Sequence record: OK040170.1
DNA length: 64,000 nt
Strand: one strand, 5' to 3'
In this document: one piece after another, positions 1 through 9,754 of the stretch
Layout: every line of letters begins with the position of its first letter
Position numbering within the stretch: position 1 is the stretch's first letter
Position numbers and translations under genes: made by a program
The notes under the pieces: model-generated
What the model saw: only the letters and a program-made list of their open reading frames with translations
Database searches by the model: none
Told to the model about the DNA's origin: nothing

Positions 1-44
1 TTACATCCATCCTGAAATAACTATGACCAACTGAGGAGAACATT

Positions 45-1037
45 ATGTCTGTTATGAACTTTGAGAAATTTGTTACCCGTGAAAAGAATCGTTATTCTGT
101 TTACAAGCTTCATGAAATGTACGTCATGAAAGATAACGATGAAATTATCTCGGTGCTACGTAAAGATCGCCCTCTGGATTCAGAAACAGAGATCGTCGTT
201 ATTACTGAGCGCGGTGAGTCGGGTATCTGGTATCTGGGCTTGCAGTCCGGCAACATGAATAACCGTAAGGAGATTAAACGTCTCCTGAAAAGAAATGCAC
301 CTAAGGGCGTTAAGTTTGAGTTCTTCGAAAAGATCCGCTTCAAAATCGACGGCAATCAACGCTTCCTGACATCTGCGGGCAATCGTATCGCAGAAGGGGC
401 AATGAACGAAGACTTCAACAACTGGCGTGGGCCGTTCAGTGGTCGTCAGTGGAAAGAAGATCTGGGTGGTAAATTCAAAGACTACCTGAAAGAACAGTTC
501 GACTTACAATGGGCTCACAAAGCCATTTGTCAGCGTCGTGGTGAATATCAATATCTACCCGATGTTGCGCTGTTCTTCGACACCACTAAAGATCTGGTAC
601 TGAAGTTGATTAAGCGTCCCAATGACAAGGATAGCTGCGAAGGCTTCTACGTCGGCACGCTCTACGGTAAACCATTCGGTTACCACATAGACGGCAATCA
701 ACCTAAGATCACTCAGATCGATGACTACGTCCGTCGTTCGGTTGCTGACATCACGCAGACTCCAATCGAATCCGTCGAACTCGAAGGCGAACGCTTCGCT
801 ACGGATGTTAACTACGATCGCGTTGCTGACCGTTGGATCCTCAACTCTACGATCGGCGAGATTGGTCACTTGGTCAAAGGGGTTCGTCCTGATAACACTT
901 GTGATATTCGCAAGCACGTTAAATGGACATACCGCGTTAACGGATTTGCTCTCAACGAAATTCCATTGTTGGAACCGTTGTTGGTAGAAAGTTTCCTTCG
1001 TGGTTACCATCGCCTTATTCAGCACACCACCGTCTAA
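45..1037 (+). CDS. hypothetical protein (330 aa)
   Basis: Long ORF with GAGGAG Shine-Dalgarno upstream and phage-like codon usage; no motif recognised. Confidence 0.8.
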   Translation: MSVMNFEKFVTREKNRYSVYKLHEMYVMKDNDEIISVLRKDRPLDSETEIVVITERGESGIWYLGLQSGNMNNRKEIKRLLKRNAPKGVKFEFFEKIRFKIDGNQRFLTSAGNRIAEGAMNEDFNNWRGPFSGRQWKEDLGGKFKDYLKEQFDLQWAHKAICQRRGEYQYLPDVALFFDTTKDLVLKLIKRPNDKDSCEGFYVGTLYGKPFGYHIDGNQPKITQIDDYVRRSVADITQTPIESVELEGERFATDVNYDRVADRWILNSTIGEIGHLVKGVRPDNTCDIRKHVKWTYRVNGFALNEIPLLEPLLVESFLRGYHRLIQHTTV

Positions 1038-1045
1038 GTGGCATA

Positions 1046-1077
1046 AAAGAAAGGGCATTGCGCCCTTTCTTTTTTTT
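1046..1077. terminator. bidirectional intrinsic terminator
   Basis: AAAGAAAGGGC-attgc-GCCCTTTCTTT plus T-run, between convergent genes. Confidence 0.8.
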
Positions 1078-1084
1078 GTGTTTT

Positions 1085-2338
1085 TTAAGAGGGACGAACA
1101 CCAGTACGAGAATGAGAACTACCGCCAGCTTGATAATACTTCATCGTAACAGTACGCAGAACGATGTAGAGAATAACACCGGTACGTTCTGAACTTACTG
1201 GGGTAGGCGGATTACGACCCGTGGCTTTACGAACGAGATCGTCGCCGTTGGTACGCAGGAACATGACATCCGGCTCTTTGTTACGCGAGGCGTTGATAAC
1301 ACCTTTCAACCCAGAGATTAACTCTGCCAGGTTTTGAGGGTTAATGCCGCGAGCATGGATAAAGTCGAAAGTATATTCCAACGTTCTCTCAACAAAACTT
1401 TTCACCTTCTTGCCTTGTGGCTTAGAGTACATCGTAGAGATGAACGTAAGCGTCTCTGTTAAGAGTTTAGGCTGAAGGCTAGGGTTTGTCTTACTAATCA
1501 GATCAACGAGCTCCGGTTTGACGAAGGAGCTTGTATCAGTGATAGTTTCGTTGAGGTAACGACGGTACATCGGGAACAGACGTTTAACGTCGCGTACTTC
1601 TAACGAGCCATCTACTTCAACCATAGTCGATGTAGCAATCACGCGGTCGCCAGCTTCTTTGACTTGATAGTACAGCGCAGTCAGCGTCTTGATCACTACG
1701 CGGATACGGGTCTGTATATCTGACAGGATGTATTTCACATCGTCGTCGTCATTGAAGCGAATAAAGGATTCGTAGTGAATCCCGTTAGTAGCGATGATTG
1801 ACTTGGCACGTTCCTCGATTAACTTAGCCCAGGTCTTGTATTGCTTAAGGTCGTACTTGTAGGACATTGCCTCGTAAGTACGCAGGGCGATCTGGGGATC
1901 GGTACCGTACGGGAAGTACTGCGTTAAAATACCACAGATGAACTTAAAGTGCAGGACACGAATAATGTCGATTGCGCAGTTCGTCTTTTGAGTCGGGTTC
2001 AACTTATCGCTAGTCAATACCCGGTGAACGAAGTAAATCGTGGTCAGGTTGAAAGCGTCAGTTGTAACGATGTGGTTAGGATCGATGTTGTCCAGGTTAT
2101 CGATGTTGATCTTTAACGTGTCCATATCGGTCACTGCGATATTGTCGAACCATTCTTTCAGTTCGGTCATCGTCCAACGAACCTTGTGCGCTGCCAATAG
2201 CCCTGAACCAAAGAAGGCTGAGTGCTCGCCTTTGTTCATGAATACACGGACAAAGGTATTTATTTTTTTGGCTAAGCTAGGGTCAAAGGAGATGTGCGAA
2301 TAGGTGCTGTCGAAAAGCTGTTTGATTTCCACGGACAA
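1085..2338 (-). CDS. conserved phiKZ-family protein, probably virion structural (gp32-like)
   Basis: 417-aa ORF opposite to the accessory genes; TATG upstream on its strand; family assignment from recalled similarity only. Confidence 0.55.
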   Translation of the reverse strand: MSVEIKQLFDSTYSHISFDPSLAKKINTFVRVFMNKGEHSAFFGSGLLAAHKVRWTMTELKEWFDNIAVTDMDTLKINIDNLDNIDPNHIVTTDAFNLTTIYFVHRVLTSDKLNPTQKTNCAIDIIRVLHFKFICGILTQYFPYGTDPQIALRTYEAMSYKYDLKQYKTWAKLIEERAKSIIATNGIHYESFIRFNDDDDVKYILSDIQTRIRVVIKTLTALYYQVKEAGDRVIATSTMVEVDGSLEVRDVKRLFPMYRRYLNETITDTSSFVKPELVDLISKTNPSLQPKLLTETLTFISTMYSKPQGKKVKSFVERTLEYTFDFIHARGINPQNLAELISGLKGVINASRNKEPDVMFLRTNGDDLVRKATGRNPPTPVSSERTGVILYIVLRTVTMKYYQAGGSSHSRTGVRPS

Positions 2339-2465
2339 GGTCCTTTGGTCAGTTATTCAAAAAGTTACATACCAACCGATTTCAAACAATTTTCAAGTCT
2401 ATATAACCGTGGCGAATATCCAGAAGTAATGGGTAAAGTTTAATAATCGAATAGGGTAATTCTTA

Positions 2466-2798
2466 ATGGCTATCAATACTATCCTAGATGCAAAGGTTCG
2501 TCTCGAAGAACTTCGTAAAGTGGTAGGTTCCGTTTCTCTCAATAATGACGAATCGCGTAAGCACGCTTTTTTAACGGTGCGTACAATTACAGTAGGTATT
2601 GCTGACGTCATCATGCATGACTTCGGTAACGATTACGCTCGGCTCTTACTCAGCGCCGATCATTATCAGCTTTATAGCTGGGCAACCGCTACAGCGTTCT
2701 ACTGCAGTAAGATGTTAACGGAAGATAACTCTTCTAAGTTAATTCGTGCAATCCATTTCCTCGACGATCAGATTGAAGATCAGCTCGAAAAACTGTAA
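2466..2798 (+). CDS. hypothetical protein (110 aa)
   Basis: ORF with ATG and upstream AGGG; fits the + strand cluster. Confidence 0.7.
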   Translation: MAINTILDAKVRLEELRKVVGSVSLNNDESRKHAFLTVRTITVGIADVIMHDFGNDYARLLLSADHYQLYSWATATAFYCSKMLTEDNSSKLIRAIHFLDDQIEDQLEKL

Positions 2799-2838
2799 TT
2801 CCATTTAATCCATTTTCACTAATAAAGAGGTATTTATC

Positions 2839-3273
2839 ATGGCTATCAACTTCACCGAAAAACAAACTCGTTCTATCACTGCTGCGCGTATCGCTGGTCT
2901 GGTTCAGGCATTGGCTCATGAAGTCGCAATGTTCGGTCGTGATCCACAAACTCTGCTGGAAACTGAATACCTGCCACTGTACTCTCAACTGCAGGATCTG
3001 GGCTTCAATGCCAAAGGCGACATCAAATGGATGCTGCTGCAGGATCTGGAGCGCAGCCATGGTATCGCGTTCCACAAAACCGATCTGGGTTTCGGCTTCC
3101 AGTTCAAAGGCCTGACTCTGGAAGTAGCTTCTAAAATCGAAGCGCAAAACTCAACCGGCGGTAAGGACTTTCCTTCCGTCATCCGTAACCGCGAAGCCAA
3201 ATACAAAGGCTACGAAGTCGTTTACGCTGTTGCAACTAAAACTGGTAGCGACCACGCGATCGTACGCGCTTAA
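2839..3273 (+). CDS. hypothetical protein (144 aa), strongly codon-biased
   Basis: GAGGT SD; CTG/CGT/AAC-rich codons typical of highly expressed genes. Confidence 0.8.
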   Translation: MAINFTEKQTRSITAARIAGLVQALAHEVAMFGRDPQTLLETEYLPLYSQLQDLGFNAKGDIKWMLLQDLERSHGIAFHKTDLGFGFQFKGLTLEVASKIEAQNSTGGKDFPSVIRNREAKYKGYEVVYAVATKTGSDHAIVRA

Positions 3274-3308
3274 AATCATCGCTGTTTTTCGATAAGTAAG
3301 GAAACAAA

Positions 3309-4073
3309 ATGACCATTAACAAATTCCCTCATGAAGTCTCTGAGAAATTGGGCTGGTACGTTTATACTCTCACTAATCCTCTGAATAATGACGAGGTGTT
3401 CTACGTTGGTAAGGGTTGTGGTAATCGCATCTTCGCTCATGTTAATGATCAACTCAAAACCAAGGATGCGAGTAACCTTTCACTTAAACTGGGAACGATT
3501 AAAGAGATTCATGAATCCGGTCTGGAAGTAGGTCACAACATCGTGGCCTACAACTTAAGGGATGAGACAGAAGCCTTTGCCGTAGAATCTGCTTTGATTA
3601 ACGTCTACCCTAACTTGACAAATGAAGTCAAAGGACACGGTAATAAATTCGGCGTACTTACTGTCGAAGAAGCCATTGTCCAATACGGGGCTGAGGAAGC
3701 TGTTCTGGAAGATGACGTCTTGATCATTAAGATCAATGACAGTTACGATAAGATGAGTACTTACGACGCAGTACGTTTCTCCTGGCCAGTAGTCGTTAGT
3801 CGCGCTAGTAGAGCTAAAGCTGTGCTGGCTGTTGCTAACGGTATCGTACGTGGCGTTTTTGAAGTAGACAGTTGGAAACCTGCTACTCCAGAAAACTTCC
3901 CTGAGATGTATCGTTTAAGAACCATCGAAGATGTTGCTAAAGAAAGCAAAAGAAAAGCTTTCTCAGGAAGGGTGGCTTCAGAGCCACTCTATTCCCGTTA
4001 CATTAACAAAAAGCTCCCTGCTGAATATTCCTTAAAAGGTTCTCAGCAATCAATCCGTTACAATTTCAAATAA
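3309..4073 (+). CDS. LEM-3-like GIY-YIG domain nuclease
   Basis: YVYTLTNP...FYVGKGCGNRIFAH and EAFAVESALI match the GIY-YIG core (two Tyr motifs, Arg, His, catalytic Glu). Confidence 0.8.
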   Translation: MTINKFPHEVSEKLGWYVYTLTNPLNNDEVFYVGKGCGNRIFAHVNDQLKTKDASNLSLKLGTIKEIHESGLEVGHNIVAYNLRDETEAFAVESALINVYPNLTNEVKGHGNKFGVLTVEEAIVQYGAEEAVLEDDVLIIKINDSYDKMSTYDAVRFSWPVVVSRASRAKAVLAVANGIVRGVFEVDSWKPATPENFPEMYRLRTIEDVAKESKRKAFSGRVASEPLYSRYINKKLPAEYSLKGSQQSIRYNFK

Positions 4074-4083
4074 GGAAATCATC

Positions 4084-4434
4084 ATGCATACTGTAAACGC
4101 CATTATCCGTACTATCGAAACTAACCCAGAGTTTGACAAAATCGCAGCTCCGTTCAACCGTACCTTGGTTCTGGCTCGTAAAGGTAAAGTCAAAAAGATG
4201 ATCAAAATGATCGAGTCTTTGGCTAACGAGCCTACTGAGCTGTATGTCATCAGAATCGAAACTGGCGATAGCTGGTTCAAAACTCCGGTCGGTGGTGATC
4301 ACTGGATCCTTAGCCGGACTGAAATCTCTCGCCTGCGTGCCGCACTTTATCGTGCGATCGAAAAGGACAGCTATCCGGTCAAGTTGAGTCGTACCATCGT
4401 TCAGTATCAGCCGATCGTAAACTTCGTAAAATAA
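4084..4434 (+). CDS. hypothetical protein (116 aa)
   Basis: AAGGA SD; C-terminus resembles the next gene. Confidence 0.75.
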   Translation: MHTVNAIIRTIETNPEFDKIAAPFNRTLVLARKGKVKKMIKMIESLANEPTELYVIRIETGDSWFKTPVGGDHWILSRTEISRLRAALYRAIEKDSYPVKLSRTIVQYQPIVNFVK

Positions 4435-4455
4435 TTAACCTCGAGGCCAGAACAA

Positions 4456-4833
4456 ATGAGCACCATGGAAATTCTGTTATCTCACGTCGAATCTAAAGTT
4501 TGGCGCAAGACTATCGATATTAGCTATCGTGAAATGAAACGCGCTGTATCGGCTTTAGAAGAGTTGTTGGATGAACCTGTACAGTTTGTCAACTTTGAAG
4601 ATGGCGCGATGTGTGATCGGATTAGCGACTCTGTGAATGAGGTTTTGGAGTTGTCCACCGCTAAGTTCTGGCCTGGTTGGAAATTCATCTACAAAACCGA
4701 AATCGTTTATACCCTCAGTCGACTGGATGCGATCCGTTTAGTCGGTGAACTGAAGCGTCGTCTGGAAACCGGTAATACTGCGCCTGTAAGCTTCACTATC
4801 GAACGCATTCGCAGACTGCCTATCATTCGTTAA
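4456..4833 (+). CDS. hypothetical protein (125 aa)
   Basis: GAGG SD; followed by a hairpin. Confidence 0.75.
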   Translation: MSTMEILLSHVESKVWRKTIDISYREMKRAVSALEELLDEPVQFVNFEDGAMCDRISDSVNEVLELSTAKFWPGWKFIYKTEIVYTLSRLDAIRLVGELKRRLETGNTAPVSFTIERIRRLPIIR

Positions 4834-4898
4834 TAAAACTATAGGAGAGGGCTACGGCTCTCTCCGCTTATTTTCTCTATTTTAAAAAGGATACTATC

Positions 4899-5219
4899 AT
4901 GGAACAGTGCATCTTCGATTCAGTTTTGGTTGCAGACTACAAAAAGACTATCATCCGTACTTTAGATCGTAAAACTGTAGTTATTCCGCTTGACCAAATT
5001 CAAAAGGTCGCTTCTTTCGTTTCGATCACTAAAGATGAAGCTACTGGCTTTGTTCGTTTCTCTTTCTTTGGTGAGCGTAAAGATCTTTTTGTTCAAGTGG
5101 ACTTCGGTAAGATGGACGAAGACACTCTGCAATACCCTGGACTGATCCGTGAAGGTATTCAAACTGTTCTGGATCGTATCATCGGCTGCTACAACGTCGA
5201 CGCTATTGTTAATAAGTAA
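4899..5219 (+). CDS. hypothetical protein (106 aa)
   Basis: AAGGA SD, clean ORF. Confidence 0.75.
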   Translation: MEQCIFDSVLVADYKKTIIRTLDRKTVVIPLDQIQKVASFVSITKDEATGFVRFSFFGERKDLFVQVDFGKMDEDTLQYPGLIREGIQTVLDRIIGCYNVDAIVNK

Positions 5220-5229
5220 GGAGTCAGTA

Positions 5230-5640
5230 ATGAGTAAGAACGAAGAACATCACAATGCGGAAGCGCGCTTAACTGTACAATCTTTCTTCGAGGCCTTGGG
5301 TCTGCGTACTCAACCTAAGTTGCCGGAAGGGATTATTGGTTACAACGGCCAAGTAAACATTTCGTTGCTCCGTGGGATTATTAACGCGCATCCTCTGCGT
5401 CAGTTGATCCAGGTTTCTAAAGCCAAGTCTGACTTCACTAGTTTGCCTATGGCCGTGCAGGATATCGTCAAGGCACTGTCTCGTTATGAAGATAGCGAGT
5501 GGGTACTCACTAAGTTTGGGGTATTCAAGTTTAAGGTGAAGAAGCCTCAGGAAGAGATTCAAACCGTGATTGAAAAATACCGGAACGAGATTCCTAACCA
5601 CGTTTACGACAAACTGAAAAACGCATTGAAGTCGTGGTAA
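5230..5640 (+). CDS. hypothetical protein (136 aa)
   Basis: Start moved to ATG 5230 (MSKNEE) behind AGGAG; the longer track ORF overlaps the previous gene. Confidence 0.75.
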   Translation: MSKNEEHHNAEARLTVQSFFEALGLRTQPKLPEGIIGYNGQVNISLLRGIINAHPLRQLIQVSKAKSDFTSLPMAVQDIVKALSRYEDSEWVLTKFGVFKFKVKKPQEEIQTVIEKYRNEIPNHVYDKLKNALKSW

Positions 5641-5645
5641 ACCAC

Positions 5646-5786
5646 TCTCTTTAATTCATTTTTTACGTCGTGTCTTATAGTGTGCTAAAAGCACACAAGA
5701 CATCTCGCAAGAGGGGTCACGGCGGAGCCTGTGACTATTAGGGGTTAGAATGACTGAGGAATGTAATGACGAAAGGAATTCCCTAA
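5646..5786 (+). repeat. dispersed structured module, copy 1 of 3
   Basis: ATTTTTTACGT, then GGTCAC-GGC-gga-GCC-T-GTGACT (5715-5736), ATTA, then TAGGG...CCCTA enclosing GACTGAGGAATGTAATGACGAAAGGA (5752-5777). Confidence 0.85.
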
Positions 5787-5853
5787 GAGTACGGCTAGCT
5801 AAATACCCTAGATGAATTAGTGTGATTATAACTCAATAATCCACGTCTAAGAG

Positions 5854-6213
5854 ATGGAAAATACGATGAGAAGAAACCAAGCAGTAATCGATAAATCAAT
5901 CGAAGAACTGAACGATCTGTGCATTGGTGGCCCAGAGACTAAAGAGAAAACTCTGGCAATCAGCTCTGCTATGATGCAGATCTTTACCAACGGCTTAGGC
6001 TTGATGGTAAGTTCCTCTGAGGAAGGGAAGTATCCTCTGGGCAAATACGATTCATTCGCTGAAGTAAGTTTAGCGTCTAGTCGTATCTACGGTCAGATCG
6101 TAGTCTTCCGTGTACGCATTGGTTGGCAGGACACGACGTTCACTCGATTCGTGTTCCTGGATGAAGCAGGTGCTCCAGCCGCAGCCGTTGATGATATCGG
6201 TACTCCGTACTAA
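5854..6213 (+). CDS. hypothetical protein (119 aa)
   Basis: First ORF after module copy 1; followed by a terminator hairpin. Confidence 0.7.
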   Translation: MENTMRRNQAVIDKSIEELNDLCIGGPETKEKTLAISSAMMQIFTNGLGLMVSSSEEGKYPLGKYDSFAEVSLASSRIYGQIVVFRVRIGWQDTTFTRFVFLDEAGAPAAAVDDIGTPY

Positions 6214-6340
6214 GTAAAAATGATCCAGCTCATTCCTCTAACCGGGAGTGGGTTGGGTTATTCCTTTTATTTTTTGACGCTATGTATCCATGGTATAGCG
6301 ATTATGCTAGTTTAACTATTGAAAACAAGGGAAGAGAAAC

Positions 6341-6988
6341 ATGTCTGATACTCGTAAGCCGACTAAGATCCTGAGCATGGGTAAGCTCGTAGTAGAAGAG
6401 CAAATGGTTCGTGTGGTCGATATTAATCTTCTGGATCAAAACGGTGCACAACGCCCGGATATGGAAGCATTCAATCCAGCCTTCGGCTTCACTAAAGATC
6501 CGGTAGTATTCCAGAACCCAATGGCAATGTTCGGTTGCGCCAGCTCTATCGAAGAGCTGAACGAGGCGATTAAACCTCACTACGAAAACCTGCCGTGGGA
6601 ACTGTTCGAACTGATCGCTACCTTCAGCGAGACGTTCCGTATCTCCATCATGGTGAGCGCTAACAAAACGATCACCGCGCTGCTGGAAAGCAACGAAAGT
6701 ACCACGCTGGCCTGGTGGGTACCTAACCAGGGCGTGATCTATACTTCCTCTACCGATCGGGTACAGGCGATTCAACGTCGTCCACTCAACCCATCTGAAG
6801 TTCTGTATGCATTCAGCATTGCGTTGGCACAGCTCGGTATCGGCGCGCCGGCGGTAAGCATCTCTCGCACCGAAGACAACGAAGGCGTAGCGGTTACTTA
6901 TATCGACCAGGAAATGGCGATGAGCAACCCAGGTGCGTGTCGTATCTCTTTCGTGTTCCCATCCATGGCCACGGAAGTAAAACACTAA
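6341..6988 (+). CDS. hypothetical protein (215 aa)
   Basis: Strong codon bias and purine-rich SD. Confidence 0.8.
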   Translation: MSDTRKPTKILSMGKLVVEEQMVRVVDINLLDQNGAQRPDMEAFNPAFGFTKDPVVFQNPMAMFGCASSIEELNEAIKPHYENLPWELFELIATFSETFRISIMVSANKTITALLESNESTTLAWWVPNQGVIYTSSTDRVQAIQRRPLNPSEVLYAFSIALAQLGIGAPAVSISRTEDNEGVAVTYIDQEMAMSNPGACRISFVFPSMATEVKH

Positions 6989-7108
6989 TTCATTCGACAT
7001 GAGGGAGTTCGCTCCCTCTTTTTGTACAGGAGGATATAAACGCGAAGTGGTAACACTCTCCTCTCGCCAAGGTACTCGTTAAACACGACTACTTGAGGAA
7101 AAAAGAAC

Positions 7109-7777
7109 ATGCGCATGGTATTCTGGACTCTTGTCCTTTGCTTGGTAACATTCAGTTTCCCAGCAACCGCATCTGTATCCGTGAACCAGGCCGGTTGGAA
7201 TAAACACAAAACCGTCTTGCTTTCTACGTCCAAACGTACGGACGTAAACATGATGGATCTAGTCATTTTGGCTAGCATCGAATCAACTATGGGTCAAAAT
7301 CGTCATAACCGTTCCAGCTCCGCCGCAGGTCTGTTTGGGTTCACCGACAGTACGTGGCGTGTAATGGTTAAGCGTTACGGTAAACAGTACGGCATTCGAC
7401 CTGGTACAAGTAAACAAAACCCGCGAGCCAACGCTTTGATGGCTGCGGAATACATCAAGGAAAATCAACGATATCTTGAGAAGCAACTTCACCGTAAAGT
7501 CGGTATCGAAGAAATCTACATGGCTCACTTGCTCGGGCCTGGAGACGCTGTCAAGATCCTCAAAGCGCGTAACAACCGTTACGCTTCTTCCGTAACGCCT
7601 AGTGCTGCTCGGGGCAATAAAGCGTTCTTCTACGATAAAGGACGTGCCCGTACTGTAGCAGGATTTAAGCAATACGTTCATTCGAAAGTTAACAGCCACC
7701 GCAAAGCTTATAAAAGCGAAGTGGTTCTCTTAGCTTACAAACATCAACTCCCCCTAACTTTAGCTGACGCAACTTAA
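7109..7777 (+). CDS. lytic transglycosylase (SLT/GH23-like) with N-terminal signal peptide
   Basis: ASIES (catalytic Glu), SAAGLFGFTDSTW, NALMAAEY and YMAHLLGPG motifs; hydrophobic N-terminus ending in PATA. Confidence 0.8.
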   Translation: MRMVFWTLVLCLVTFSFPATASVSVNQAGWNKHKTVLLSTSKRTDVNMMDLVILASIESTMGQNRHNRSSSAAGLFGFTDSTWRVMVKRYGKQYGIRPGTSKQNPRANALMAAEYIKENQRYLEKQLHRKVGIEEIYMAHLLGPGDAVKILKARNNRYASSVTPSAARGNKAFFYDKGRARTVAGFKQYVHSKVNSHRKAYKSEVVLLAYKHQLPLTLADAT

Positions 7778-7886
7778 GCGTTCCGGGAATAACGAAGTGA
7801 CCATGGCGAGAGTAACTCATCCTTTCCTCTAGTTAATTCTAGAGGAAAGGGATCTATTCACTATTTTGTTAAAACAAGGAAACAAA

Positions 7887-8411
7887 ATGATTCACTATTC
7901 TCTGACTTTTCCATGTGGTTTGATCGAACGTGTCTCTAAGAAAGGAGATGCAACTATCGTCACTGCTAATATCGCCAAGGGGAATTTCCACTTTAACGTA
8001 CGCGGTGTTCGGGTCTACGATTCTTCCGTAGATAAGAAGCTCCCTAAGGAACATAAGGCTGCTATCGAGAAGTGTGAGCTCTACGGAGTTTGGCTGCATG
8101 TTCAGAAACACGGCGTCCCACCGAAGGTTCAGTTCTTCTCAGACCTGCCGTATTACTTAGACGACTCGAAAGAGTTCCCTAAGTTCGTTCAGAGTTTCTG
8201 TGGTAAAGATGCCTCTGTGGTCGAGCTCTATTTCAAGCCAGGTTATGACGATGACCTTTTCAAGTCTATCGTAGAGGCCGCAGGTCGACCGGTACCTTAC
8301 CTCAACCCGATTAACCGACCTACGCTTTATGATGCGTTGACTTTCGACGTATTCGCGTCAGCGTTCAACCCTCGTGAACTTAAACAAAACATGTCTCGTG
8401 CAAAAGGATAA
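7887..8411 (+). CDS. hypothetical protein
   Basis: ATG 7887 behind AAGGA preferred over the TTG at 7866. Confidence 0.7.
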   Translation: MIHYSLTFPCGLIERVSKKGDATIVTANIAKGNFHFNVRGVRVYDSSVDKKLPKEHKAAIEKCELYGVWLHVQKHGVPPKVQFFSDLPYYLDDSKEFPKFVQSFCGKDASVVELYFKPGYDDDLFKSIVEAAGRPVPYLNPINRPTLYDALTFDVFASAFNPRELKQNMSRAKG

Positions 8412-8417
8412 CTGAAA

Positions 8418-9026
8418 ATGAAAACTGATTATATCCAGGTCTTTAACTCCGGCTCAGTAAACGTTGAATCTCGCAGAGTAGACAACGACAAACTCCATTA
8501 TGTCATTCGCATTGATGGTGGCGTTCAAGTTACATTCACCTCCGTAAAACTTCCACTGACCTTCGTACTCGAGCGAGCTTATATCCTGCACTACTACGAA
8601 AACTATGGTGGTTCTAACTATTGGAAGAAAGCGGTCCCTTCTGCTATCGCGGAAGCCCTTCGTACCATCAGCACTACTCATCTGGTCGGGGAAGTTTATC
8701 TCGATACTTTCAAGCGTCTGATCGTTTCCGGCCAGGGTCGTTTGAACATTCCCCACATGGTGAGGGAAGTTGCTAAGTTGATCGATATGGGTACCGAAGA
8801 TTTTACTGTTAGGGTACAACGTTTCGAACTGAGTACCGACAGCAAGTTCCAGGTAATTCAAACTCTGTCAGCGGTATTCGATTTCGGCGAAGATCATTTC
8901 CGCCCGACCAAAACGGTCACCTTCACCCGCGTCGTTCCACAAGGCGCCTATCCGTTTAATTACCAAGAATTGGCTCAAGCTATGCGCGCTGAAGTCAATT
9001 TAGTTATCCGTGACATCAACGGCTAA
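8418..9026 (+). CDS. hypothetical protein (202 aa)
   Basis: Operon-like spacing after the previous gene. Confidence 0.75.
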   Translation: MKTDYIQVFNSGSVNVESRRVDNDKLHYVIRIDGGVQVTFTSVKLPLTFVLERAYILHYYENYGGSNYWKKAVPSAIAEALRTISTTHLVGEVYLDTFKRLIVSGQGRLNIPHMVREVAKLIDMGTEDFTVRVQRFELSTDSKFQVIQTLSAVFDFGEDHFRPTKTVTFTRVVPQGAYPFNYQELAQAMRAEVNLVIRDING

Positions 9027-9086
9027 ATAACAACATACTCGCCTAGGGAATTCCCTAGGCGTTTTATACCGTATATCGGAGTAGTC

Positions 9087-9665
9087 ATGAAAGATTCAAT
9101 TAAACACGCGTTTCGTACCGTACTTGAAACATACCGTACTGAGATAGAGCCATCACGAGTCATTAGCGACCATGGTGGTATTGCCTTATTCCACCAATTT
9201 GAAACTGATTTACCAGAAGAACACATCCATACGGCTGCATTGATTAACATTACAGATCACGTAGATCTCTTCGACATTGATCCTCTACGTGGTATCTGCC
9301 TACCCTGTGCATTATTTGTTACTGCCTATATGCAGGATGTTTACGGGTATGACGTAGTTAGGCAGGATCTTAAAGTACCGAATGAAGACTTCAGTGATTC
9401 GGTATTCCTTCATACTTTCATCTTGGAAGACGGTCTGCACTTCGATACATGTTACGTCGAAGGTCTGCGCTATATCCACGATCATCCTTTACTGCGCCAA
9501 TTCGATGAAGACGAAGATTGGTGGTTATCATTCTCGGATACTAAAGAAGATTACGGTATTATCCATAAGGGTACGGAACTTAGTGACTTCTTCGTTAAAT
9601 GCGCTGATTTGATCTACCCCGCTGCGTGCTCCCGTACGGAATTCAAAAAGATATTCCTTAACTAA
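9087..9665 (+). CDS. hypothetical protein (192 aa)
   Basis: GGAG SD. Confidence 0.75.
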   Translation: MKDSIKHAFRTVLETYRTEIEPSRVISDHGGIALFHQFETDLPEEHIHTAALINITDHVDLFDIDPLRGICLPCALFVTAYMQDVYGYDVVRQDLKVPNEDFSDSVFLHTFILEDGLHFDTCYVEGLRYIHDHPLLRQFDEDEDWWLSFSDTKEDYGIIHKGTELSDFFVKCADLIYPAACSRTEFKKIFLN

Positions 9666-9754
9666 GTTACGTAAAAAATAAACTCATCATCGTAGTCTAT
9701 GTACGGGATTCTCTTTAGAGTATCCTTTAGTTCATTAACGAAGAGAGATTTCTC

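Noticed and set aside
5752-5790. Hammerhead-like CTGANGA...GAAA in module copies 1 and 3
   Set aside because: Stem I cannot form and stem II lacks the closing G-C; covariation fits a tandem-GA hairpin instead.
9041-9062. Perfect 22-bp palindrome CGCCTAGGGAATTCCCTAGGCG as an operator or att site
   Set aside because: It follows a stop codon and CATA like the other terminator hairpins, so it is best read as one of them.
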